A DNA stretch of 64,000 nt from Paraspadella gotoi (taxonomy: Eukaryota > Animalia > Chaetognatha). Made by a program: the position numbers and the translations under genes. Location: assembly GCA_051294375.1 (NCBI GenBank), contig CM119264.1, positions 16,775,245 through 16,839,244 of the forward strand, written 5' to 3'. Positions 12,201-25,700 of this stretch are shown in pieces. Each line of letters opens with the position of its first letter. Position 1 is the stretch's first letter. The notes below the pieces were generated by a model. The model searched no databases and had not been told where the DNA came from. It saw only the letters and a program-made list of their open reading frames with translations.

Positions 12201-15200
12201 TTCGGTGATGCGCCAGTCTTTGTCAGAGAGTCAATTGAATCGGCCAAAGATGCTGTAAAAGTAAAACACTTTTCTACCGATTCGAATGAGGTCAGTCTGC
12301 TTATAAAATTGTTACGTAATAAATAAATGACTGATGATTACAAGACAATAAATAATTGTGATCGAATTCATTAAATGTGTAAAAAAAAATGTTAACGCAA
12401 TGCATTAATACATTAACAAATCATTTTCATTGCATCGTCATATAGTATCATCGCATCAACAAATTGTTCTCGTCTCATAAAGATGTGATCATCCATCAAT
12501 AATTCTTTATCATCGCATCAAATCATTATCCTCGATTTAATAAATTGTTATCATTATATCCATAAATCACTGTCCTCACTTCAGTAAATTGTTATCATTG
12601 CAAATATTCCTCTTTGCATTAATAAATTTCATCTATAAATCGATATCATCGCTGAATCACTAATTCACTATCATCATACCAATAGATTATAATCATAAAA
12701 TTGTTATCATCGCATCGAACAATTATCAACTCATAAAAGCATGTCACCGAATCAATTATTATTCAGAGCAATGATTGGTGAGTGATTGTTATTGATTATC
12801 ATTGAATAATTGATTGACGATCGTTGATTGATGGTCATTGTTATTGTTTGACGTTTTTGGATGGTCAGATGGCGATATAATCTTTTTATGTTTTCACATG
12901 ATTTTCTAAGTTTGTCATGGGCCCAAATTTTTTCTATGCGATTGCGAAGATCCTTATGCTTTAACATTTTTATATGCCCGTAATGTAATAGGTCCCTTCG
13001 TTGTTCAAATTTTTAAGCTCAATATCTTTTTATTATTTAAATTTCCTTCAGTTTGACGAAACGGAAAAAAGGTTGAAGTGTTACTTATCGCGTTACGTCG
13101 TATCTTCCTCTCCTTACCTTCCTCTGCGACGGCCTTACCTCTTGACGGAAGAGGGAAAGTCCTGCGTTTTGCGGCCAAGCTTCCCCCTTCAAATTTATCG
13201 ATCACCGTTGTTGTCAAAAAATCCTCACGGTAAATCTTTTTTTTCAACTGTAGTCTGAAACAATATTAGTGATATAAACTACTTAAATTAACAGGTTCAA
13301 GCTTTTGTTGCTACTGTTGCTCGCTTTACATGATAAAATTGCCCAATTTGAAATCACTAGTATTCATAAAATTAACGTATAATCGTTTTCTGCATGACCT
13401 TCGCTTTTATGCTTGTACATTGTACAATTACAATTAGCTTTCCCCTCAACCCCTGCAGAAGTGTTCTCGCTTTTGCGGGATCCAATGAACGAGAAACACC
13501 GTTTCGTGGACTCATCTCCGATTGACGTTTCTTTTGTCTTTAATTTTCCGGAGTCAAAATCTGACGCGGTCATCATCAAACCGAAACACCCATTTTTGGG
13601 AGTTAAGTTCCCGACTTGGTTTGACTTGGTGAGGAATTCGGGATTAATATATAACTATACTAATTGTTCCTTGGGTTTTAAATAGGTGCGCATTCTTCCG
13701 TTTTCAGAACTTTTCCCAGGAGGAAGATGCTGAAGAGAACAAGAAATCTGAAAAAGATAGAAGTTACTTCAAAGCTTTCGAATATGGATACGGAGATCCA
13801 AAGCAATTAAACGTAAAGGATTTCGGATTGATTCGGTTAAATGATCATAAACGTTGCCTTTTAAAATTTAATTTAAAATAGGCTTCTTTAGCCGAATTTC
13901 GCGCTCGCGGCGGCCGGATTCAGCCTCGCCAATTTGAACAAAAGGCACTTGGTGTTTTTTCCGTCGATCCACCAATCCGAAAAGGTTTTCGTCCTTTGGA
14001 CGAAGCCAGAGGATCGTTAATCAAAAAAAATTTGTCTTTCAAAGCAGGCTTCAGTAAGTTACTATGCATTTTTGTGCTCGCTTGTTTATAATTTTCTTTT
14101 AGTTTTGTTGTAATTATCTTCTTAGGCCAGTTGCATGACGACGAAGACCTAGTTTTTACCGAAATGCACCGGAAAAAAGACGCGGAAGGTTTCTAGTTTA
14201 AAAAAAATAACTCAATTTCTTGAAATTTCTGAATCTCTAAAATTATTACTTTAATTTTAGATGAAGGCAACGACTCAGTCATTGGTTTAGGAATTTCCCG
14301 CCATCGAGCGCAAGCTTTGCTTGGTGCCTCTACTGCAGAATCGTTAGACTGTCTCGATCCTTTTAACCATCAACATTTACAGGTGTGTTGCTATATTTAA
14401 TCTGTAGTATATCTAAGTTTCATTTGAGCCGTTTGATTTTTCCCTTGATTCATAACCAGGTACTTTTTTCATCGTTTTCTCACAAATCCAATAACGCACC
14501 ATATCCGTGTATCAATCCTTGGGTCATTGACTGGAATTTTTATGCGGAAGGCGACGTGCCACTTGGCGCTTTTCTTGAACGCTATTGTTTCAGGTTTTAC
14601 CCAACAGAAAAAGTTCTCTTTTGCGGTAAAAATAGTTGTTTTCGTTGAACAAAATTTTTATAGACACAATTACAACTGCCCGTCTCCCTCTTGCAACGCT
14701 CCAATGTTGGACCACATTCGCCGATTCTTGCATAATACCGGTATATTTAAGATGTTTATTTACTATTATATAAGCGCGATATATTTCGATTTTCTATTTC
14801 TGCTTTTACCTAATACATATATTAATTGTTCGTTAATTCGTTATTTAAATATGCATTTATTCATCACATGTTTTAGTAAGCTAAGCTGTTTTCGTTTTAG
14901 CCTGCATTAATGTGGTCGAAACAACTCTGCCGGAGGACGTTCCGCTACCCACGACCGTTCACGCTGCTTATCTCGACCTGATGACCTCCGAGGAAATTGA
15001 AAGCTCTTGGGATGATGATGATGCCTTTCGAGTCAGTGACCCCGACACCATTTATAATTGGAGTTGGTGCAAAAAGTGTTCTATGGTGAGTATAGTGATG
15101 TGAAAATGATAAAATTTTAGAAAATTAAAATTTAGCATATAAAACATGAAAATAAAAATAATTTGGTAAATTTATTTTTTAATTTTATACATTAGTGGGC

Positions 15201-18200
15201 ACCAGTGAGCTATATTTATATATAGTAAAATATAATAAGTATATAATAGGCCAAAATTTCAAAATACAAATTTTTAAATTTTAAGATCGGATTTGGATTC
15301 CTTGCAAAAAGTTGATATAAGAAAGAATAATTCTTTTTTAAAAACTCTTTCATTAAGTTGGCCAAAAATGTAAAAAACTATAATAAATTATAATTAAGAA
15401 GCAGATTTTCAATTACCAGCTTAAAAATATAGTTTTTTATAATTTTAACCTACTTAATGACATAATTTTTGAAAAGATTTATATTTTCTTCTATCAACTT
15501 TTAACGAGGAATCTGAATCTGTTCCCAGAATTAAAAAAAAAAACTATTTTGAAATTTGGACATTATATAAGGGTAATACTATATACAAAATAAGCTTACA
15601 GATTAGTATTCATTAATATGATAGTTTTCAAGATAAAACTGCTAAATTTCTATTGGTCCTTGAAATTTTTTTTTTATCCTCAAATAAGATCACCCCCATG
15701 GTGCCATTAACTAAAACCACTTGGAACCTCTCCTTTGCAAAGTACTTGGACCTGCGTTTCAACGCGATCAATGTGAAAAACGGAGCAGCTCACGAAGACG
15801 AGGGTGACGGTGAGGAACCAGTTCCTGCTGAATTCTTAAAGAAGATTTATATATAGCAGACCACTAAAGTCATGTAAAGGGAAAGGTTTTGTTTCGACTT
15901 TACCTTGCCCTTAACCTTTTTTAAAAAATGTTAATAATTAAAATTTATAGAAAATTTTTTTTTAAAAAATGATTTGCATGTATATATTTAAACGATTTTT
16001 GCTTGTTTTAGGTTTGGTGGAAGTAAAATCTTGCCGAAGAGAAAAGGTCAGCGATGTCGATGGTGAACTGGAATTATCCGTGGAATCGACGTCATCGACG
16101 AAAGTTGGAGCGGCTTTTGAAATTCCTGGCCAAACCCTATTAGTTTGTCCGGAACCTAGGCCGGCCTCTACTCATCCGCTCATAATTTCTTCGCCGGATG
16201 ATTCTACGTCTTCGCGGAACGCGTCACCCAAATCCTCTCGAAGGTTTGTTCTTAATTGAATTTAGATGTCGTGGTCACAAAATGAATCGATGAATTTATC
16301 GTGATTTGCAGAACGTCCACAACACCATCGCAACTCGCTGTGGATATCGAAGATATTAATCATTTTGAGGTAGCAAGTTCGCGTTTTAATTTTTACAACG
16401 GAACAACATACATGTATTTAACGACTGGGCATTTATATTTAAACCAGATTAAAAGCGAAAAAGTAACTTCATCGTCATGCCAACACTCGTTCCACCAAGA
16501 TTATTTTCAATATTTTATAAAGAACAACGTCGTCGTTGCTTTCAAGTAAGTGTAACAATTTTGTACAATTCCAACGCAGCATATTTTTTGTTCTTGACAT
16601 GCTCAAACGCCCAACCTAGGCACCACGAAATTTCTTTGTTCGAGATCGCTTTCCCACCAGTCGAGGTGCGTATCGCTTCCGCATCTCTGATCTTAGATCC
16701 CCACGACGTTATCGCTGAGGCTGGTCGAGTATCCAGTATTGTCTTTGAGCTCCACAAGGACATCCTTTCTCGGTTGACAACACTAAGGGAGGAGTCCGCC
16801 ACTGAGAAACTGGCCCAGCTTGCCGCCGATTATATGGAAAGGGAGGATCACATGCGCCTTGTTATGGCAACCCGAACGGAAGAAATTCAAAATGAGCTCG
16901 TCGGTATAGTGAGCGCCAAGCAATATGCAGAGGCGGATGTGCAAGCTAAATTGCTGGCCATATCGGACAGCTTGATTTCGCTTCAACAAAAAATTGCCGA
17001 TCTTATACATGAATGGAACACAGACCTTCAAGAATTTGTCTCGCAGCAAAAAAAGAGTGAAAGGCAGAAAGTGGAGCCCAAGGCACAGGGAACTTCGACA
17101 TCAGGAAAACCTATTACTGTGCCGGCAGCCCGTTCTAGCGCGGATACGGTAAGATAAATAAAACCAAGTAGATAAAGATACCTATATGGTCGACTAAAAT
17201 CCACCGACCGTTCATCAGCGGCCATTGGTGCCGGAGGCAAGTCATTCGCCTCCCAACCCAAAGGTCCGGGGTTCTAGCCCGGTGGTCGCCTAGTAGTTAA
17301 GAGAGACGGGGCGCTTAACCCGCCTGAAACACGATGTTACAGCCTGATCCGAAGTTCAGGGACTGCTTATATTGAACGGTTCTGTCACTAACACATAACA
17401 ATAATTACTGTCTCTTCACCTAGTAATCATTTCTTGATTGAAAAAATGTCTGCTCTTTGATACATGTTTTGTATTTGGTATGTCGTTATTGGTCTACTCA
17501 CTTTACTTTGACCGATGTAAATGAGCAGTGAATATTACGGGATGCAATGGAAATTGATGTGCTGCAAATCATAAATATTCGAATGCTATTTAATAAATTT
17601 TTAAAAATGGTATTTAAAATATTAAAGAATGCTAAAAAAATAGTGAAAAAAGTTCTCTGTTTAACCATTCGTTAATTAGGATGAATAACCGACGCTAAAA
17701 TATAAATTGATACATACACGACTTGACATTTTTTGTTTGTAATTTATAATTCTTTAAAGACATCTACTAAATCGGGCGGAAACTCAAAACCGGCGGAACT
17801 CCTTAGAGAAGCGAGCACGAGCTCCTCGAAATCCCACAAAAATTTTGTCAGAACTGATTCTTTGTTCGACAAAATGTCACTTGGACATGCGTCCCTTTTT
17901 CCCAATGCTTCTTTGGGAATTTGGGACAGCTTGGATGATATTTTTTCCTCGGCTGAAGTAGATTTTAACCGCAATGAAGATAACCGTCAAGTAATTTAAT
18001 TAAAGTTTCTTTCATTTAGCTATAGAGAGTAAAGCTTAGTAAAAATTTTCAAATCGATTAGAATCAAAATTCGAATAGTGTATCGTGAAGTCTTGTACCT
18101 GGGGATCGTTTTTATTTATATATCTGCGAGGGAGTTAACGGGGTCCTTAAATAACAGTATACTTAGCTTGAGTAATATCACTATTTAATAAACCAAGTAA

Positions 18201-21200
18201 CTTGCTTGCTGAACAAGTGATGCTAACTTGCTGTGGTAGAACGCTCGCGTGCTTCTAGTATATAACTCGCTTAAAGAGAGTAAAGTTAGAAGCATAGATA
18301 TTAGATAACCTATAGAGGAAAGAAAGTCTTCATTAATGAATTTATATATCTCCGAAAAAACTTGCATATTATATTATATTATGTTCATATTATAAAATGA
18401 GGTACCCTTTTTTTGTGACCAGAATCAGTTCCCACTAAGCTACCCGATCGAATTTCATGAAATTTTACATATAGTCTTAATGACGATATAAATGAACTAT
18501 CGAGGCGAATTTTAATATTCAACCCCTGACAAGAGATAGAGGGTCCTCGGGCTGGACCCCTTGGGTGCCAAAGAAAGACTAAAAAATTTTTCCCCATTTT
18601 TTATAATTTTTTGTAGCATCAGGTTCATTGATGTCTTAAACAGATAAAACTTTTTTTTAAACTAAAATTGATTAATTTTCGCCAATTAATCGATGTTTGA
18701 AGATGCATGGTTTGTTTTTCTCCAAATTTTCCCGAATTTTTCCAAATCTGATGTTCATGAAACTGAAACTTCAGATAAACTAATATTTTTGTGGTAAAAA
18801 AATGCGTTTTTGTGGAAGAGTAAATTTATGTTCCAAACAAAAACAGAAATTTAAAAAAATATTTTGACTAATTAATAAAAATCGTTGTAAAAAATACTAA
18901 AAACTTTTGTTTTCGAATCTGCTGATATATAGTAATAGCAATATTTTTAATTAGGCTAGTACCATCAGAAGAAGGTATTTTTAATAAAAAATATTTTAAT
19001 AAAAATCTATGCTCATGATAGATTATTTTAACGCTTTATACATTAGCATTTAAATTTAATCGGCTATAATACTGAAAATAGAGCAATTTCTTTTTTCATA
19101 ATAAATGTACTTTTCTGAATAAGTAAACGTTTCTGCAACTGATCATGATAAAAAAAAAATTTTTAAAATTTGCCCATTTTTTTGCCTGCCTGGGCTGACC
19201 CCTGAGGGGCCCACATCTCGGGTCATAGGTCAAATTTCGAAAATCCCCCCGATAGTCCTATTTGTATTGCCCTAAAATTAATTCGTGAAAATTTTCACCG
19301 AAGTCGGTATAGTAGTTTCATCAAAACCGATTTTCGGTCCGAAAAACGAAAGAGCCTTCTGTATATATATACAATTATACATTCAATAATAAAGATTCTT
19401 TCTTTCCTCTATAGGGTATCTATGCTTTTGACTTTACTCCCTTAAGCTAGCTATATATTACAAGCCCGAGAGCGTTCCACCACAGCAAAAATTTTTTTTT
19501 TTTTATAAATGTTTACTGGTACAAGACTGTTTATATGATATGCAACTTTTACTACGCCTTATATTAGAAATCCTGCATACGAGATCTTCGATAATCTTAG
19601 CAAACTTTCATTTATCACAGATTAATAGGTTACAATCAAATTTCTTTTAGTATTAAATTTTTTACCCTACTGCTGATCATGAATCTTTTTAATTTGCCAT
19701 GTCTGTTAACCATTGCGACAAACTACGTTTCAATTTCAACTAAGAATTATATACAACACTGTCATTTTGTGGTGTACTTTTCGTTGGAAAAATCAGAGGG
19801 AAGACTTTGATTTGCTACCCCCTTTAATATTTTTTGGGTTTTATTTTATTATTTCGATATCAAAATATATTATATATAATTACATAATGAATGAAATTTT
19901 CACAAAAGTACTAGTATTTTTAATTGAAAATTTTACTACTGGGACTTTTACTTGGAACGGCCGATAACAAAACAAATATCTCAGCTCCGCTTGTGTTTGC
20001 AATTTAAAGCTAGGAGATATTGTAATTTTTTTCAAATTGGAGGAAATCTGAAATTCCTAGACTCGGAAGCTCTGATTTCATCCAATTTGATCAAATTTGC
20101 AATATCTCCCCGAAACTACTAATTTTCTTCTTTAAAAGTAGAGTCCAACTCCGGAGATAATTTTAAATTTTAACTATTAGCAAAGTTTTTTTTAGTTGTC
20201 TTTACTAAATATTTAAGCAATCATTTTCCAAAAAAATTTACATTAGACATCTTGATTAATGCATTAAATGTTACTTAACTTTTTTTGTATTATAAAAAAA
20301 ATTTTGAAATATTAAAAGGTTTTATTGATTCTGATAGAGCAAAAAATATAATTACAGCTTTTAAAAATTCCTACGTTTTCTAAGTGAAAATATAAAATGA
20401 TGATGATATTTTTTTATAGTTTTTCTTATTTTTGATTCATAAATATTTTTAAAAAATTATAATTTGTGTAGACAACTATTTGAATCTGGTCTTAAAATTT
20501 AAAAAGTCTCAAAAAAAATTTTGGCCTAACTATAAATTAATATTAAAAAATTAATTATTTGGGTATAGAGCATATAAGAAATTTTTTGTCCATTGAAAAT
20601 ATACTTAAAAATGTATAGATTTTCGTTTGAGCATGTACTCATTCTAAATATTTTACTCCTTTCTTATCTATACGTATTACGTAACATTCCTTATCGTTTT
20701 TTTTTAACTATCATAAATTACAAAACGGAAAAAGAAATGGAGGACAGAATGGATAAAGAAAAAAGCTCCCGATCCTTTCAACGGAAATATGTACTGATAT
20801 TTTCGTTTCGAGGCCCAAATATCCAACGGGAAAGTCCTGCTTTTCCTTATTTACAGCATAATCCGGAACCTTTTAGCTTTTGTACATCTTTCTGCCGCAA
20901 GCAGGAGCGTAGGACATTCCAAGCGAAATTTTCAGTCATTAAATTTTTTTGTAAAAGTAAACCGACCATATTCATTTAATTTTTTTTATTTCAAATTTGT
21001 TGTTTCTGTTAGGGCACGCAAAATGGGTCATCTAGAAGTGCAAGTCCTGCGCTCCTTGTTCAATCATCGACTGTTTCACGGACGACACCTACCGAATCTA
21101 TGTTTCAATCAGTCGCTTCTCGATCAGCCAATATCACTTCAGAGGAGGTATGCTCACTGAGCATTGCTCAGTTTGATAGAAATTATGAGTAAATCGTCTT

Positions 21201-22720
21201 TTGGAAAAGTTAACAATGTTGTAATTTGAATTTCGTTTCAGCGTGCGGATAATTTCGGAAGGTCGCCTCAAAGGCAGGGTGTGTCAAACGAAGCGACTGA
21301 AGATAGTGATCTCACTCCAAAACGTTAGCTCCCCGTTTGCCTACTAATATTTCTAGGAAAAAATTGTCAATATTTTATCGAAATAAGTTTTTCCTATTTT
21401 CTTCTTCTTACACTAATAATATGAGAATTTAAATGAAAGGTTGTTTTTTTCTTTTTTCAGAAGAATCTATCGAGTCTTCCGGTGAAGTTTTTCTAAAAGA
21501 GACGGACAATCAGAAACCTAAGGTAAAATGTTCATCTGTTCTAAAAGGATTAATAGAAAATGAGAAATAATATTTATTTACACATTGATGATATACTTAT
21601 TTGTAAAGTAAAGGTTGTCAGTAAAGAGACTAAGGATAGATTTAAGATCTTGCCAATTAATAAATGGAAAACTTCAGCACTAAATAACATTTCTTTTTTT
21701 GATTGCAGGTTTATCAAATAGCCCACTCTATTCAAGTTGCAATGGAGGGCGACGATGATACGAAATTGATAGGTATGCTTTATTTTTTTTTCGTTAACTC
21801 TTATAGTAAACAAGTTTGAGCAAACAATGTCGGATCTGCCTACGATAATAAAGCGGTGATAAGCTAATCCCATTATAAATCACAATAATTTTTTCTTACT
21901 TTTAATTTGTGATCTTAACAGATAATAACAAATCGTAACATAACAAATCATTACAGACTTCTTAATAAATCTATGAAAAAATCTAAATCAATTGATCTAT
22001 CAATCATTACCAGTAGCTGCGCCAATACCAACTTGCATAATTTTTTCAACTTGCATAATTTTTTCAACTTGCATAATTTGGTCAATTTACATAATTTGGT
22101 CAACTTGCAAAATGGATTCAACGGGCGTAATTTGATCAATTGGCGTAATTCGGTCAACTGGCATAATTCGGTCAATCAATCAATCGGAGAGAGAGGGATA
22201 CTTATAAAAAATGAAATAAATATGTCTTTTGGTTTTCTAATTTAAACTTTTTTCCATTCCTACGCTTCCATCAAAAATTTATATCCAGCTTAATCACATA
22301 GTTGCCTACCCACACACAGAATTTTAATTCAATTTATATATTTAATTTTTAATAAATAAATATGGATGAATATAAATAAAAAATACTTTAAGTAAATATG
22401 ACTTTTGTTTTTTTCCATTTATAAACTTTATATCCAGCTCAATTACACACTTTCCTACCCACGCACAAAATTTCATTCCAATCCATCCATCCAATCACGA
22501 GTTATTGGAGTTTAATGCTAAAAAGGGACAGACGGACGGACGGACATCATTTTTTTGCATAATTTATCTAATTAGAGAAAGTTTGAATTTGGATTCGACA
22601 ATGATTTGGTTTTATTATTATAATACAGACATGTTTCGGCTTTGCTTTCAAGCCTTCATCAGCGTTAATGTTTGTGAATTTGAAAATATTTTTGTGTAAA
22701 GGAAGAGAGAAAGAAAGATT

Positions 22721-22755
<35 letters not shown>

Positions 22756-25700
22756 CAAAGTTTCCAACACAGAGTTTAGAAAGGACAGTGGTCAATTGGT
22801 GAGGACAGGCTGAAGTTGAGGGAAAGACAGAGTAAGTTGTGAAAAGAAGTGAAATGCTGAAAAAGAGAGAGAGAGAAACAGTGCAAAAATCTTTACATTG
22901 TGCAATGTATAACAATAATAAAGTTTTAAACTGATGAATATTAGTGAAAATTTAACAATTAATCTACTTAATAAATTAGTGAGAGTGAAAAGAAATAGAA
23001 ATTGGAAAGGATAGATTTTGTGAGAGATAAGTTAATAAGTAATAAGTGAAATTGAAGAGTTAAAATAGAGCTAAAAATGAGCTGGCCCCCTTTGGCATGG
23101 GCAAATGAGAGGCATGATCGATGAGGCTGGGTCATTGGCGTGTCATGGGCTGATATGACAATTGAATTGAGCTGGCCATGGATGCGTCAGGAAGGCTTTT
23201 TTGCGGAAAAAGCTCAAGTGCTATTTGAATGTCTCTGGTCTGATACGCCTGCCGACTGCCCTCTTCTCGCCTGCTGGCGAGGCGGGTGGTTGTCCGTTGC
23301 CGCTTTTGCGACAGGAGTGACTCCTTTCCCTCCACCTGTAGCCGTCGTTTTGGGCGGCGCTCATTCCACAGAGGAAGGGATTGAGTTGCAAGAGGCATCG
23401 TCTGTCCATTGTCTGTTCAAGGGTCTCCACCTATCTCGTTGAGTGGAAATAGGGGAATCATTGTGCGGGATTGGTGGTGGCGGGACCTCCACCACGCTTT
23501 TGATAAGCGAATCATAGCTTGGAGGGAGGTCGAATAGTCCTCCATCACGATTCAACAAGGTCTCGAGGGCTTTGATGTATATTGCCTTTCTAATACCTCT
23601 TGAGAACCAGTTCGGGTCATGGGACAGCACGAGACAGTCTGTTTCTCTAAATACATAGCCTTTTTTACCGTATGCTCGACTACAGCGGACAAGTAATGAC
23701 CGCGGGCATCACGATATAGTTTTGTGTGCTGCTGAAAACGATCTGTCAGAGATTTGCCTGTCTCGCCCACGTATGCTGCTGTGCAGGCTTGTTTGCCCAC
23801 GCCTGCACAGGCCGCCTAATAGACGGGTCCTGATGTTTTCGGTCTGGGGATTTTATATCACAATACATAATTTAAAATAATTCGATGTTCTGATAGGATA
23901 AAAATGATTTACTGACAAGATTTTGGGGTGGAACCGACAAAGTGAATTATAGAGTCGGAATCTGCTGATAAGCAGATCCGACTGAAAACTATAAATATTA
24001 TCTTCGTTTCAAAGACGGTAGAAAAAAAGAAAAACAAACTCGAACGATGCGGGAATTATTGGAGAAAATTATGGAAGGAAAGCACCCAACCGTTCTCAAC
24101 ATACCTTTTGAACAATACGAACATTTTCTGTTGACTCCTAAGTAAGTACTGAGCATACATCTGATTCTCTATTCACTATTAACCATGAGACATAGTCATG
24201 AATTTTTAAGGTTTGATGTCAGTTTCACATTTTATTAGTTATTTATTTATAAAGAAGTCTTCTCAGTTTTTTTTTAAATTTTTGTCCAGGAACCAAACAT
24301 CCCCCGTTCCTGTTGTCGTTCGTGATAATCAGCCCTCGACCATCATAGCCTTCGCTCTTGCCTCCGATTATTACAATCAACAGTTGGTGGAGATACAACG
24401 CGGGAGTTCTTCCGAGGCTTCCGACTCGAGCACACCTCATGCCGCCCACCCGCATCGTTCTGACTCGTCGTCTTCCTTGGGCATTGAATCGCTCTCAACC
24501 GTTAATCAAAATCGATCACCGAATCGACGGAACGACGGCGATGACGCAGCCTTGGACACAAACACTCTTGATCCGTTTGATAGGCTTGCCGTTCCGACGC
24601 GGTCGCCGATGCAGAGCAGTCCAGTTCCGCCTACCCCTTCCCCTCTTGAAAGTTCTTTGGGTAATTCTGTGTTTGGGGAATTGTTACACGGAAGCTATGA
24701 GGCTAGTTGTAACAACAGTCAAGTATAATTTTGGATGAAGGTTATTTCACTTTTACTTTTTCATTACTTTAGGTCAGTTTTATGACAGAAATCCTATATC
24801 CTTTTTTAGAAATCCTTAAATATGCTTTTCTGGAATTTAATAATGCGAGAATAGACAGGTTTAACGGGGGGAGATGAGCTTGTGCTTCTGCTACATGAGT
24901 GCCACACAGGGAGCATAACGAAGAACTTCTACATTACTTAGGGTTATTACTTATTAGTTATGTTTGGCCATCTTTCGTTAGTCTTCGTCCGAAGCTTCAA
25001 ACCCATGGAAATTACTCGGGGTTTTAAACTGAGTTTACTATTTATCTGTATTTTTCAACATTTTGAATATAAAACGTTCAGACGAGATTCGATTTAACCG
25101 TTTCATTTTGATCCACATTTGGGGCTCAACACTCTTTTTGCTTCAGTCTCAGGGATGTCGCCGACTAGAAGTCCGCATATCGAATGCGAGTTTGTCGATC
25201 AACTCTCCAATTCACGATTTTTTTGCAAAATATACTTCGCCGAGCAATTTCGTCAACTCAGGACAATCATTCTCCCACAGGTAGTAAACCTTGTTGTGAC
25301 GAAAACGTCGTCGCCACATTGTTTTGGAATTTAACTTTGACAATTTCTGGAATAATATTTTTCGTTTTAGCGAATTAGCTTTTTAATTTTAATGTGATCT
25401 ACATTCGCCACAAATGTTTCAGAGAGCATTGCTAAATAATGTGAATGCAGAATGCTTAAAATTGATTGTCACAATGGATGTATACCTACCTACTTCGAAA
25501 GAGACTCAAAATTTTTTTAATTATTTCTGTCTTAACAGGGAGAGAGCCAGTATATCAGATCGTTGAGTCACTGCGTCTATTGGATGGCGCGTGGAGGAAA
25601 ATCTGGTTCCTCATTTTGCAAAACTAAGGACGACAGATTCATTTTGAAGGTAAACTGTTCAGTATGTATTATTTCTGAATTTTTTATATGAATATCATTT

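Larger units (their letters stand above)
21808..23988. mobile_element. Helentron-associated non-autonomous element (HINE/DINE-1-like) family A, interrupted by a Penelope-derived insertion
   Basis: One end is AAACAAGTTTGAGCAAACAATGTCGGATCTGCC. The element has central 18-bp tandem repeats, a GACAGACGGACGGAC microsatellite, and a terminal hairpin GTCGGAATCTGCT-GATA-AGCAGATCCGAC whose arm is the inverted copy of the subterminal GTCGGATCTGC. Confidence 0.75.

Noticed and set aside
17220-17292. tRNA-Gly-like sequence (also the tRNA-like head at 61817-61880)
   Set aside because: The cloverleaf is degenerate and continues into a non-tRNA body (multicopy for the 17220 family), so these are SINE heads rather than tRNA genes.
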